64,000 bases of DNA, taken from positions 44,950,001 to 45,014,000 of the forward strand of contig JAGIQG010000011.1 of assembly GCA_024679065.1 (NCBI GenBank), read 5' to 3'. How positions within the stretch are numbered: the first letter of the stretch is position 1; every line of letters starts with the position of its first letter. Positions 48,031-62,330 of this stretch are shown in pieces. The position numbers and the translations under genes were made by a program. This stretch comes from Sphyrna mokarran (taxonomy: Eukaryota). Below the pieces are notes generated by a model, which was given only the letters and a program-made list of their open reading frames with translations, was not told where the DNA came from and searched no databases.

Positions 48031-50059
48031 AATGTGAGCCATTTTTCTTTTATAATTTTTAGGATAACATGTCAATTCAGGTTAATAATTTAGGTTTTTG
48101 CTACAGTTTTCACTATTTTGACAAAGAACGCTTTCACTTGTCAAAAACATTTAAGGAAATAGACATGTTTTTTGTGGCAACATTAAAAGAAGTGGTTTGC
48201 TATTATTAGATATGTTATTTCTTTAAAATTTAACTCAAAAATATGGAATTGTTTTAAATTTTATGTATTGATGATTTATGGCTTGCATAATAAATCTCAC
48301 TGTAGGAAAGTAGCCCTCAATAATAAAGCAAAGTAACTGAAAAAATTTCACCCAATAAATGTCAAGCAACATCACAGCAGCAAAAACTTTTCAGTCCGAT
48401 TTGGCATACATGTATTGCCCCAAAATCTGTCTAACCCTAGCTTCAAATGAATGTAATACACTGCAAAAGTTGATTTATCAGTTTCCTAACCTCAAGCATA
48501 AAGGTACATAAAATCATAAATTGATGCTTATTAATGTTGCATTTTAGGGTCATTCTGCTTTACAGACAGATATTAATTAAACTTGGATTGAGGTGGTGCA
48601 TTCAGATCAGAACTACTACCAGTCACCAGATAGAGCCTGTTCAGGCTGCATTTCTTGATGTTAGAAAAACTTCACGCATCAAAATTAGTTTATTTGTACT
48701 CCTCACATCCTTATCTGAACTGTAGAATAGCTCACAGCAGTTACTTTATTTCCTTTGTTGTGGGTAACACTGTCATAGCTAGCATTTATTGCTTGTCTCT
48801 ACCTGCTATTGAGAAAGGTGTTGGTAAGATTATAAGAAATAGAGAAAGGAGTAGGTAATTCGGCACAAAGAGCCTGCTTGTCTTTCAATAAGATCATAGC
48901 TGATCTAATTGTGGCCTTAACTCCATTTTCCGCCTATCTCCATTCCACCCAACTCCCTCATAAATCAAAAATCTAACTGTTAAAAAGCTTCAAGGTGACT
49001 TAGACAAGTTGAGTGAGTGAGCAAATACATGGCAGATGCAGTATAATGTGGATAATTATGAAGTTATTCACTTCAATTGGAGAAACAGAACCGTGGTAGA
49101 TTGAGACTGTTAACATACAAAGGACATGGCTGTCTGAAAGTAAGCATGCAGATACAGCAAGCAGATAGGTAGGCAAATGGTATGCTGGCCTTTGCTGCAA
49201 CAGGATACGAGTGCAGGAGCAAGGTCATCTTACTACAATTGTACAAAGCCTTGGTGAGTCCACCTACAACACTGTGCAAAGTTTTGGTCTTCTTATCCAA
49301 GGAAGCTTACATTTGCCATAGAGAGAGCGAAGCAAAGATTCATCAGGCTGATTCCTGGGATGCCCTTGGGTCTATTTGTGGAACATTTGCTAAAATCCTC
49401 AAACTCTTCTTTTAAACTTTTCTCCAAACGCATTTTTGGCAAAGATTTTAATTGCTTCACTGAATCACTGGTCAAAGGCTCAATATCCATCTTTCTTCTT
49501 CTCTATCATAAAATATTTTTTGACATTTTATACATTAAAGATGATATATAAATGCAAGTTTCTACTATTATCAAACTCAAGCTGCTGTTCTGAGTCTTAA
49601 AATCTTACAGCAAAAAAAAATCCATTCCTAGATCAGAACCAGTTAAGACTTTGATAGTTTCACCAGATGCAATGGACTGCATGGTCTACTGTTGCTCCTT
49701 TCTCTTTTGTTCTTGTATCTCAATCAGAAGTCTTCTGATATACTATGACCCACAATCTGGTAAATGGCAGAGCAAATATGTTTGTGCTGTGATTTAAATT
49801 GCCAATTTGTGCTGCAGCCTTTGCAATTTCCAGTTCTGGCTGAATCCACCAAAGAACTGAGCCAGGAGGCCGAATAGTGAGTGTAATCCCAGGAAAAAAC
49901 AGGCTCTGCTTTTTCATATTGAACTGAGGACACACCCCTTAAGGTCTACCTTCAGTTCACTAACTTGCACTCCTTTTAAATGGATCTGCCAATCTCTTAA
50001 ACTGCACAGCCTCAATTCCCGACTATGCTCACCATAGTTGCACTCCTGAGGACATTCAT

Positions 50060-50450
50060 TCTCATCCCTCAGTCCAGCATTGTACATTGTCTCACTCTTG
50101 ACAACATTCACTCTCCCTCACTCCCAATAATATTCATCCCCTCATCCCGGACAATATTCACCAACCCTACATGTTCACCCTAACATGGTTCACTCCTCGT
50201 AATCTCCTGACAATGTGCACTCCTTCCCTCAATCCCTGACAATGATCCCCCCTCACCTCCGATATTATTTACCTTCTCCCTCACCTCCTATCCCCTGACA
50301 ATGTTCACCCCACCATCGCACGATAATGCTCATCCTTCAATCTCAGCCCTGACAATTTGCACCTTTTCCCTCACCCCCCGACAATGCTGAGGTTGGTGAA
50401 CTGAGCATTGTCAGAACAGTCAGGATGGGATGGTGAGCAATTCAGGTTTT
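50060..50450. repeat. Degenerate ~25-30-bp minisatellite (CCCTCACCCCTGACAATGTTCAC-like)
   Basis: About 10 GACAAT/GATAAT cores flanked by C-rich spacers; the last units are inverted. Confidence 0.75.
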
Positions 50451-52059
50451 CTCATGACTCAAGACATCTTAGTTTAGGAATTAGCTTCATAACCTTTGCC
50501 TGAACTCCCTACAATAGTTCTTCAAATTTCTTCTAATATGGAGACTTAAATTGAAAACTATGTTCCAGATGTGTACATAACAAATCTGGAAACAACTTCA
50601 ATATTACTTACTTGGGCTTGTAGGTCAAACTCTTGCTATATATCTCAACAATTCATTTGCCTTTATTCAATACGTTATGAACACAGAACCAACAATTTGG
50701 ACAACTTATCCATCAAAATGCCCACATCTCCTCAACCTAAAATGTCAACTGATTGACCTCTGTTTCTCCACAGATGCTATCTAATCTGTCAGTATTTCTA
50801 GCATTTTCTGCGTTTCTGCTCTGTTAAAGTTCATGGAAAGTTTTCTTTTACTTGTCTCCCTGACTATTGTGCTTTCATTAGCTTTTGCATCATGATTTGA
50901 GGTTAACCCCAATCAGTGATTGCAAATATGGAACACAAAAGAAAAAGGGAGTTCATAACACGTTCAAATAAACAAAAGTTTGTTACTGAGCCAATTTATA
51001 CTTGTGATCATTTTTTTCTTTAGCTCTAAACACACTCATCCCTCCTATGGAGACTGGAATTAAGATCTGATTGACCAGCCCAAAGACCTTACCATCAATA
51101 CTGAAAAGCTAGGTTATTCTATACTTCAAGGCTGCTTGACAAAAACACTATTAAACTACTCATCTCCTGCAGACAAGGATGAATGCTCTCTGTAAACATA
51201 TCTTTCTCTTCCAGTGGCTTGCACTCTTGTAAAGATTAACTCAGCATGCAGTGCCCAATACAGTTCTATGTTGCACCTATGAGAAAAAAGAAAATCACTC
51301 TAAACTTCACAGATTGTCTCGTAGTCAAAATGTATCTCCAATGCCAAATGTTCAATATTTTTCTAAAAATGGCACTATTCTGCTGTACTGGGAGCTCAGA
51401 GGTTTGTGAACTATATTTTCCTAACAATCTCTCAAACTTCATTTAGTAATGTCTCAGATTTTACCGGAGTAGTACATTTCTTGGTGTGCCTAGTTAGTTC
51501 ACCTTTGTCCTGCAGCGCAAGAATTTTTTGCTTTACATGTTAGTGGAAATGCAAACTGTTAGAAGTGGAGAGAGGGCAAAGAGGTATTCTAGGATTTTGA
51601 TGAATGCTGGGGATCAACAGTCTACTTCATTAACCAACGGAATTTGGGTCTTGAGAAAGAAACAGACAAATGGAGAATAAAGCAATAGGATGAATAAAAG
51701 TCAAATTGGATACAGAGAGAAAATGAACCATGCATGCCTTACAATGTTCCATTCACCAATTCTCTCCCTTTACTCACCTGCCAATATTTTCATCCCCAGT
51801 CTCAATTCATACCTAGCATTTATTGTCTCACTTCACACCTTCTCACACTTAGCACTGCTACAAACTTCACATTTGCATCCCTCAGCTTGCATACATTGCC
51901 AGTTATTCAACAATGACAAATACATCTCCATATGGAAGAAATGATGTGGCTGTAAAAGAGAGGTCAAAGATTGGCAGATGTGTATATTAAATATGCCCGG
52001 ATGTTCAGAAAAATAGGAACTGAAGACAAGAGGGAGAATGGTACTGATGAAGGAGAACA

Positions 52060-54425
52060 ATGCAGTGGGAGGAGAGGATAGCCCAGGGGAGTCAAGAACA
52101 GAATCTATCTGGTTAGATTAAGAAGCAAAAAATGGGTAATTAGATTGCTCGTTATTGTCTATAGGTCACCAACTACTGGGAAAGATATGGATGGACAAAT
52201 CTGCATTATTGAAGGGTGTAGGAATTATATAAGGGAACTTCAATTATCTGAATATAGACTGGGATAGTAGTAGCATAAAGGGCAGAGAGGGGCAAGGGCT
52301 TCTAGAACGTGTCAGGAAAATTTTCTACAACACTATGTTTCCTTTTTAATGAGAAAGGAAACATTGCAAGACTTGGTTCTTAGGAAAGAGGCGGGCTATG
52401 TGGATCAATTGCAAGTAAGAGAACATTTGACAGGAAAAACATTAATTGAACAATAGGCTATCATTGGGCAATTGTGAAGGGAAAAATGGGGCAAACAAAT
52501 ACAGAGCTCTGTGGTTGGGAAAAGAAAAAGAGATCAAGATGAAAAAGAAAGTGTGTTTATGACAGATATCAGATGGATAATGTAATGGACAATGAGGGTG
52601 TTTATAGAAAGCTCAGAGAGGAAAAGAAAAAGCAAATAAGAGAAGCTAAGAGAGTATGATAGGAGACTGGCAATTAACATAAAAGGGAACTCCAAAGTTT
52701 TCTATTAACACAAACAGTAAAAAAGTTGTTAAGGGAATGAGTGAGGCTAACTAGGGATTAAAAAGGGAATTTACAAATAGAGGCAGGAGACAAAGCTGAG
52801 ATATTGAATGAATACTTTGCACCTATCTTTACCAAGAAAGAAGATGCTGCTCAGGTCACATCGGGAACAGAGATAATTACAATACTTGAAGTGCTTAAAA
52901 TTATTAAAGACAAAATATTAGATGGACTCTTTGGACTAGAACCAGATGAGATGCATCCAAGGATATGGAGGGTAATGAGTGTGGAAACTGCAGGGTCACA
53001 GGCCATAACTTTCCAATCTTCCTTAGAATCATGGATGTTGCTAGAGAACAAGAGGATTACATCCTTGTTCAAACAAGGTGCGTCAAGGTCTAGGTATCAG
53101 GAAGAGCAAGGGTCCCATCATTGATATCTGGGGATCTCCACCAGAAAACTCCCTCCAGTTGAACAACACATTTAACCACTACTCTTTACTTCCTGTTCAG
53201 CCAATTTTGTAGCCATGTTGCTATTGTCCATTTTATTCCATGAACCATAACTTGTCCAAAAGTCTGTTGTAAGCTATTGCATCAAATGCCTTCTGAAAGT
53301 CCATGTAGACCACATCAGCAGTATTACCCTCCTCAACCCTCTTATCTCTTCAAAGAATTACAGAAAGTTAGTTAATTGTGAATAAATCTTAATAAATCCA
53401 CGTTGGGTCTCCTTAACTAACCCACATTTATCCTAGCGGCAATTAATTTTGTCCTGAATTATTGTGCCCAGAAAAGTTAAATGGAATTTATTTTTACGAA
53501 GGGTATGCAGGGCACAATTCCAAATTCTGCAAACCACACAAATATGGAAGCATTGTGTACTATGAGGAGAATAGTGTTGAACTTCCAAAGAACATGTTGG
53601 TTGGTGGAATGGACAGATAAGAGACAAATGAAATATATTGCAGACAAATGAGAAGTAATTCATTTTCGTAAGAAGGATGCAGCAAGAAAATATTAAATAA
53701 AGGGCACAATTTTAAAGGGGATGCAGAAGCCAACACACCTGATGTGTGTGCATAAGTCATCGAAAGTTGCAGTGCTGGTTGGGAGTGCAGATAACAAAGC
53801 CTGCAATATCCTAACCTTATTAATAGTGGCATTGAATACAAGAACATGGAAATTATGTTAAACTTGTATGTAACATTGGTTTTGCTTCAGCTGGAGTACT
53901 GTGTATAGTTCTGATACTACACCATAGGAAAGGTGTGAAAGCATTAGATAGGGGTGCAGAAAAATTTATGAGAATGGTTCCAGGAATAAGGAACTTCAGT
54001 TATTTTGATGGATTGGAGAAGTTGGGAAGAGAAGTTTGAGAGAAGATTTGATAGAAATTTTCAAAATCCTGAAGGGACTTGACAGAATGGATAGGTAGAA
54101 ACTGTGACACTGGTAGAAGGGTTGAAAACAGATGGGTACAGGTTTAAGGTAATGGTGAAAGAAACCAACGAAGACATGAAGAAAAATCTTTTTCATTCAA
54201 TGCATGTTTGAGAACTGGATTGCACTGCCCGACAGTGCTGTGGAGGCAGATCATGGAGGCATTCAAGAGGGATTTGGATTGTTGTCCAAAAGTAAGGACA
54301 TGCAGTGTTATGGGGAGAAGGCAGGGATTGGCACTCAGACACATTGTTAACACAGGGAGTTAGCACTGACATGATGGGCTAAATGGCCTCCTTCTATGCT
54401 GCATCATATGCTTCTGTGATTCTGT
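52060..54425 (+). mobile_element. Decayed CR1 LINE with an internal inverted segment (~53082-53477)
   Basis: + strand: LNEYFAPIFTKKED...PDEMHPRIW...SLFKQG. - strand: GTIIQDKIN...DVVYMDFQKAFD...GPLLFLI. The + strand resumes at ~53501 and runs to the tail GATGGGCTAAATGGCCTCCTTCTATGCTG. Confidence 0.85.
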
Positions 54426-56049
54426 AACATGAACCAAACATATTGCACCATATTCACTGATACAATACTTTCCTCTCTCTACAGGACAAGATACTACATA
54501 AGAGGTGGCAGCATCTAACTGATAGGAGAGATGCAACGCTGCCTGCCCTCACCTCCATGATGTTGGCAGTGATTGGAGTGCCCACAATGGAAGCCATGAC
54601 CAGTGATGGGACTGAAACCAAAGAAGATGATGGTATGTTCTGACTTGATCCAACTCTCACATTCCATTTCACTTACACTGTCTTTTAAGAAGCCAGAGAC
54701 GGTGTAAGCATGTATCTCTTGCTTTTCCAAATGTCCTTCAATATAATCCCCTCTTGTGTCTTTCTTCGTCTGGATACCCAAAAACTGCCACCTAGGCAAG
54801 CACATGATGCACAGCATAGATTTCAAGAGGAGAGGATACCAGAAGTGCAGAAACGCTGCCACACGATCTCATTCTCTTGACTATCAGCATAGATATTGGC
54901 ACTGAGCCAAAACTATGAAGGATAAGATACAGTGGGGTGTCATGCTGGCTGGAGACTCACGCTGCCTCCTCTGCAAAGTTCTGCTGGTATAAGATGTCCC
55001 TTACACACTTAAGTGGCCTCTGGTAGACTTTCCCTGGCTCCAGAGATAGATTCCCCACCCACTTAGAGCTACAGCGAACCAGAGTCTAGCAGCTCTTTTG
55101 CTCACTAACATCACCATGGAAGTGGTGGCTACTGTGGGAATGACAGCCACTGGAGGCCTAGGATTGAGAAGTGACCCAAGCCAGAACCAGGTTATGACAG
55201 GGGATTTTGCACGGTGAGGTTTGGAGTGTGAGGGTTGGAAACAAGGTCAGTGGTGGCTCTCAGCTGTCCCAGTCTTTCCAGATGCCAGATCCCACAATGA
55301 GGCACTGAGTACCTTTGAACAAGGCAAGACACCAGCCTCCCCATCTCTTCCATGGGAAACCATAAGCAAAAGGCCTGTCTGCCACTGGGTTAATACCAAT
55401 GTCTCTGGGATGAAGCCTTTACATTAATTGCCACTTAAAGGCCTCAACTGATAGTGAGATTGGCCTTGCTGTCCCTGTCTTAACTTTGGCGGAGACAGAA
55501 GAATGCTATATACCACTCTCCCATCAGATTAAATTTCCTTACCACCTCTCAACATGCCGACAGGGGGCATAAAATTCCCCATAATGTGTTCCCTGACGTG
55601 AATGGTCTGCAGCCAAGACTGGAGAAAAGGTAGCACAGATGCCTGCTAATTGCGAAGTGAGATCACATATGAGTTCCACTCAGATGAGAAGATTGATATG
55701 TTGAGAGTGGGGGGAGGGGGGTTATGTACAGAAAACAGTTGATTGACAAGAATAATTAAATATTGATAAGCCTTTGATAAACCTTGTTATCTTTGCCAAG
55801 AAACAGAGAAGTTTGGCACTAACTTGACACAGAGCTTTGTACAGAGTTTGCAGTCCATTCCTTCCAGCAGAAGTGGTAGCCAATTTTATGACAGCACAGG
55901 GAGACCCAACTATGATGGTACACCTAGTGGCTGGTGTCTCTGCTTCCATTGCCGCACAAGCAGAAACCACTCAAATCCTGTGCTGCCACTGAAACTCGGA
56001 CTAAGGTCATGAAATCTCAGTTAGATTGCTGTCATCATGGCTGTAGATA

Positions 56050-56400
56050 ATAATACCGAAAGAAGTTGCAGGATGTGACAATAATCTGTCTGCCAACAAA
56101 TTATCAGGATTGAGGAGGTGCCGCCCCAGGTGAGTAATAGTAACACTGTACTAGCAGATTGGTTTAAATACTGACTTTTGCAAAATAAATGCATTGACTG
56201 CTGCCAAAATAGAAGCCATTTACCTGTGTGATGTGCTAAACATGGTCTCACACCAACTGCACATTCAGGGAATAGGACCATGTTTGGTTGCAGTATATCT
56301 CAATATTCAACTGCAGTGGACACAAAGCTGCATGCACGCAGTCGAAATCCCCAACATTCTCCCGAAGTTGTGTGATGCTCTGCATTTCTCTGGTTAGTGG
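56050..56400 (-). mobile_element. PIF/Harbinger transposase remnant
   Basis: The minus strand gives GDFDCVHAAL (~56352-56323; cf. GAIDCTHV) and YSLNVQLV*DH..ITQVNGFYFGSS (~56275-56198; cf. HSLNVQLVCD...VNARFPGSxHD). Confidence 0.65.
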
Positions 56401-58199
56401 AAGGATAACAATTCTCCTCTCCTAGCAAAAAACAGCATCAGTCACCTCCCATTATGTAGGTGTGAACAGAAAACTTGGGAAGTGTTATAGGTGTTGCCTG
56501 CTGCTACACTTTAGATAAAGAAATTCATGGTCATGTTTGCAGTCACTGGCATTAGTGTTCTTGCCCTGTTCCGAGGTTGCAGATCAGCCTGCATAAGGGG
56601 ACAGAAGTATGTGAGTATGTCCTGTGTAGAATGGAGTCAATGCACATTTAAGGAGGAGTTTGTTCACTTTGAGTTTCCCTCACTTGAAGTAACATCATAA
56701 ATGTTTGTCTGATCAGTAATGTCTCAGGTTTGCTCCCATAGTCTTCTATTCCTATTCTTGATTTTGTTGAATCAAAATTCCATATTTCTGATGAGTATTT
56801 TATGGAAAATACCCACTCTCTCAGACTGCTGTGAGCCAGGAATTTCAAAGCTTAAAGCACTGTAATATGGAGCATACGAAAGACACTAATAATGGATATA
56901 AATATCTCCCTTCAGGATAAATAAAACTATGAGTACAGCCTTCTTACGTATTCCATTGCCATGAATCAAGTTTTAAGATCAAGCTTGGACATCTCTAGAA
57001 GGTATGCAGCAGAAACGGTTAATAAAAAGTCACAGAATAAAGTGCTTATGTTACGACTGATTGATTGCCATGCCCTTGTTTTGTAAAATAAACGATATTT
57101 GCTCAGAATTTTATGAAATTAACTGATTTTACAAACCAGCAATTCAGTTCAAATAAGTCAGTCTTAAAATCTTCATTGACAGCTACTGCAAATCAAAATT
57201 GCACTGCATCCTTTTGCACATGAAGTGTGAGCAGTTACATAAATTACCTCTTATTTTCCCTCTTATCATTCCTCTTTTTGTCAGGAACACAGCTCTTAGT
57301 TGGATTGTTTTTCCCCTCATCAGTGTTGTCAAAAGAAGCAAAATAATCTTCTGCTTATTGAATAAAACATTAAGCTTGTCCCTTGTGTTGCAGGTGTTAA
57401 AACAAACAAGCTATTGCTATTCTATAGACTCTGCATTTTCTTATATCAAGAGATTTATACTGGTTTTAATTATAACTAAGCTATGTTTGTCTATTTCGAT
57501 ACTCAGCTTTGTTGCATATTTATATGAAAGTATGTAGGAAAATACAAGCTATTATTTTAACTGATGAAATGTTTATCGGTTTTCAATGCTATATCATGGA
57601 TTGCAATGTCACTTGTTCTTGGACATAATGGTAGTTAAACACTCTAAATCAGCCACAACAGTGTTGGCCTGTGAGTTTGATAGGGCAATTGTTACTATCT
57701 AAATCCTTTTTCATTTGGTGGAGTATTTACTGAAGAGCAGAATTTCTTACTCTTAGTCAGGTAATTATCTTTCTTTGATATATGGTCTTTGGAATTTCCT
57801 TTTTTGACCCTCAACCACCTGCATCATCATTTCACCTGATCTATTTGATGCGTAAATTTACTCATCCTGTTTTGAAAGTGAAAACTATCCCAAGGTATTG
57901 TGCAATTTTTCAACTCACTGAAATAAATTAGTTAACAGTTCAAAGTTGTCCAACTAATAGTACACTCGAAGAGGGCAGTATGTCATATCTTCAGTAAAAT
58001 AGTGATGCATTCTACCTCTCTACAAGGATTTCTCTTGTACCATTGTCATACTGCCTTTGAGGTTATAGCACATAAAATATTTAAAGTGATTCATAATTTA
58101 AATCTAGTCAGGTTGAAAATCATTTGCCTAATTTTGTTGCCAAAGTTTAATGGTGAATTTAACATGCATACTGTTATTGTATAACTTGTGGTGAGATAA

Positions 58200-59000
58200 A
58201 GCTACATATGAAATGTGAATTGCAAAACGTTTCTGCATGATTTATCCCTGCAAAAATGGCAGCTTTTATGCATTAATTGCCAATTAAGATTACTGCAGAA
58301 AGGTAGGCCTAATATATTTTCAATTATGAAGTTTTGTTTCTACTTTTCCCTTTTTTTGTTCTCTTTTAATTCAATCTATCTTTCCTTCCGTTTATTTCTA
58401 AAGAAATGGCATTTGATGATGCATTCATTGACCCTGACCACCTGTGAGCGCTCATTAAACTTCTTCCTGCACTGAGTTCAGGTGACTAGAGGCTTGTTTG
58501 TTCAGGTACAAGATCTCTCTCCTTCAGTCAATCTGCACCAAATGCTACATTAGAGAACACTGGCGCACAGTATATGCTCAGTTGCACTTTTCCTCATGTT
58601 CAGAGGCTTCTGCCTATTCACTTCTAGCACCTGCTATAGCCAAAATACACCTCCCATTTAAGAGATATAGGTTTTCTTTAAATAGTATCAGACCAGCTTT
58701 AGGTAGTTCTCTTGTCACATAAGCTTGGACTCCCTGCTGAGAGCATTGTCACTCAGCAGTAGTGCATTTAGTGCTGGGCTGCATGTTACTGTCATTATAA
58801 CAAGCAGGTAACACAAAGTTGTGGACTGTTTGTATCCTAATGAAATAGTGCTAATTAATCATGCATACTGATCCCTGGGCTCATTATTCGTTTATGCAAT
58901 TATTCCCCTGTGATCTATTATGAATTTACATATTTCGAGGTAGTCCTGATGAAAACAGGATTGTGAGAAGATTCTTCTGGGCTTCAGTTCACCTATAAGT
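58200..59000. promoter_or_regulatory. Candidate URE2-like Dlx1/2 enhancer in a METAP1D intron
   Basis: Unique TE-free island in the intron upstream of the 98-nt exon. Contains ATTAATTGCCAATTAA 58272-58287, CACCTG 58439-58444 and CTAATTAAT 58851-58859. Identity is inferred from position only. Confidence 0.4.
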
Positions 59001-59579
59001 GGTTTGATTTCAGTGATAGTATCTGATGAGCTCCAATTGTTTGCAGAAAACTCCACGCAGCAGCTATCATCATGCAAGCTATTCTTCATGACTTACTGTT
59101 TTGAATTGGTGACTGTGCACAGTTGATTGGAACATAAGGAAAGCAGAACTAAATGATCATTTCCCTCCCCTTTTCAAAGAAAACTGATCAAACCCTAAGC
59201 AAATATGTAAGCAGTGTATTTACAAGATGATAATGCAAAGTGTTTGTTTGGGGGTTACAATAATAATTTAATAATAATGATAGCATACCTTAATGTAATT
59301 TCTGCTTAAGAATCTACATGTAGCACAGATTAATGTGGCCACCCATTTGAATTGCATGAATATAAAATTACATATGATAAATTAAGAGGCTGTAGTCAGT
59401 AACATGAGGATAATGAATATTAAAGTAATATTTAGGGATCTGGAATGTAATATTAACAGTGACTAAAGTGTTCAAAAATTTTACAAGACGCTGGAATATG
59501 TATTTACAGGATATGGAGACCATAATGTTAATCCTGATTTTCGAAATAAGAGGTTGGGCAGGGGGAGAGAGAGGGGTCG

Positions 59580-62330
59580 GGGGTCACGTGATGTACGCAC
59601 AGGAACGGGTACATTTTTGTGAGTTCTAATGCTATTCATCTTTTAATCCTTTTATTTATTCTGATGCACAATCTAAAATTATTGAATCCTGGAGTGCTTT
59701 GGAATCCTCTGTGCTATGTTGCTGGAAGGTCCTGGTTAAGTTTGGGTGCCGAGGATCTGATTAACATCAAGAAAATCCTCGTTTGATGAAGGTGGTTAAA
59801 GACAGACCGGGTGGGGCAGTTTAGCTGTGAGCATGCTCTGGCTACGTTACATGTGTCAAGATAATGACTGCCATTGTAGGTCAAGTTGGGATTGATGGTC
59901 TCAGCAACCTGGCAAAGTCACTGGTGCTCATATTGGTGAACGGCAAGATATCCAAAAGGAAAGGGATGAAGTAGAGATAAGAATCACGTCAGTCGAATGG
60001 GTATGTTTCCTTGGTGAATGCTCACCTTCAGTCCTCAGAAATCCTGCTGCATTGTTTATCAAATGGAGCTGGAGAAGGCACGTGCCTGATCTTCTAAGGA
60101 GAGCTGAGAGTAAATGCCCAGCTGAATTTGAGAACTGGCTGCCATGCTTTTGTAACCTCGATTTGAAGGCTGGACATTTCAAGCTCAAAGAGACATACTG
60201 TATCCGGTCTTCAAGATCTGGGGTCAGTTCTAAGTCCTGATTGCTGGCCTTCCATCGTCCTGACCTTGGTGTTCATCAGGTGGAGCTAAAGCCATACACA
60301 GATGGACCTCACCATCTGCCACGACCTAGGTCACTTTTTGCTGGGGCTCCTGGGCAAAAATACAACAGAGATCAGAGGCTTTGGTGAAATTATACATAGA
60401 TTCTTGCTCTTTTTCAAACTCTGTGGATGGCTGTTATCTCGCAGTTTGTCATTAATCCTGAACTACTCCCTTTGTGATTATAATCCTGATTTTGTGATGC
60501 TGCCTTATCCTGTCAAGAGTGTTTGATATACGTGCACTTTGGTATATGTCACTTGTTTTCCTGTTATTCTTTGAAAGCCAAGAATATTCGTTTATTTGTA
60601 ATGGAATTCAGCCACTAGTATGCTCTGGTGGTGGAATGAGTAGACCTTAGTTTAAGATGCACTACCGTTTGTCCCTGCCTCTGAGTAGGTAGAGCTGGGG
60701 AAAATATATGCTGGTTCACATCTGAGGATGGTCGGGAAATCCTTGGTTATTTAGGCTTTTTTTGGTTGGTTTCCTATATTTTCACTGGCTGCACAGGTTG
60801 TGATATTAGCTACTTGGTAGTTTGGCTCTTGGAATGGCCAGTGAGCACATCATCCTGTTCAGAGGAGGAAATTATTTTCCCCCCGAGATAGCCTTCTATA
60901 GATGTCCAGATAATTACTCCTCCTGTTGTTAGAGTTTCCTTGATGGAGGAAAAAATGGTTGGAATATGTTAATGGCAAGGCCTGAAGAATGTCTCAGGTA
61001 TGACTGGGGATAAGGGAAATTTGTTTTGTTTGAAGCCCTGTGGTGGTGCGAGTACTCCTGGCTTGTCAGTCCTTTTTTTAAACTGTGTCATTCTTCTATG
61101 TTCATCTCGACTGGGTTAGGGCAGTAGCTACATTGATTATCCATTACTGGATCCTATAGAAAATATATTAGATGAGGAGTAAGCTGTCCTCCCCTGGAGA
61201 CTTCTAGACAACACTATCTGAGTTTCTCCTACAAGGTTATGTGGCTGTGTTCTCGATATCCTACACATGAATGTGTACTGTCGACCCATCTCTTGTGTCT
61301 ATGGTCTTACCCTGATGTTCTTCTCTCTCTGAGATTCCCTTTCATTTTCTGGGTCAGTGAGATACTAATAGAGGCTCTGATTTATTACATTTGAGCTCAT
61401 GGGTTTTCCCTCATCTTATTGGGAGAAGGATTGTATCTTTTCCTGAGATAGCCCGTCTGTGGGTATCTTGATGATTCTTCTTCTTCTGGTTAGTGGGATC
61501 TCCTTGGTAGGTAAGGTAATGAGTAGGTAATGGGTAAGATTTTTCGGTTGATGAAGAGGCTTGAGCGGCATATCCAGTGTGGCCGGAAATGTGTGAAGTT
61601 TATTTTATGGTGAGCCCATGCATAATTGTGCAAATCCTTGGCATATTGGCTCTTCTTTTATCTATGTCAATATTCTTTTATTTTTGGCTGTGGAGGCAAG
61701 GATAGCAGCTATTTTGAAAATATGTGCTTACAGGGTGTGGAGGTTATACTATAGTTTGGGTCTCCCTAATGGAAGGTAACCTGTTATTTGTGGGTTCTGG
61801 GGCAAGTTTGGATACCCAGGCACTGTTTAATCTGCATTCTTCCTGGGAAGTTGTGTAGCTCTGCTCCTGTTATCCTGTGTGTGAGTGTGTACACTGTAAT
61901 ACCATGTCTTGGATTTGGGGTTGTATCTTGATGTTCCCCTCTTTTTGGGGTATCCTTTCATTCTTCAGAAATCTTGGGACATGGTTTTAGGCTCCAAGTG
62001 TTTGTATTTGATCCTATAGGGGATTCCTTACGCTATGTAGCTCGGTCCTCATTGTTCTGAGAGTGAGCACGTGCACATTTTACCACATGCTCATGGCTTT
62101 CTCTATCCAATTATCTTGATAGTCCCCCGTTCTTTGTACTTTCCTTTCATTATCAATACGAAGGGAGGCACTGGTTACGATTATAATTAATAATCAATAT
62201 TCCAAACCAACTGTAATGATATTTGCCAGTTGTGGAAAAATGATTTGTAGTATACCAATCCTTGAAGGTTTGTTGCATCGTTTATAACAATGGGGAAAAA
62301 AATGTTGAATAAAAATATTTTAAAAAAGAG
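59580..62330 (+). mobile_element. Highly decayed L1/Tx1-like element
   Basis: GC-rich start GGGGTCACGTGATG, a T-rich body, and the 3' end AAAAAATGTTGAATAAAAATATTTTAAAAAA. No clean protein motif was recovered. Confidence 0.4.

Noticed and set aside
54430-55580. Coding gene in ORFs 54515..54862 and 55221..55427
   Set aside because: No recognisable motifs. The segment ends in a TAAAATTCCC terminus-like sequence and is probably decayed DNA-transposon sequence.
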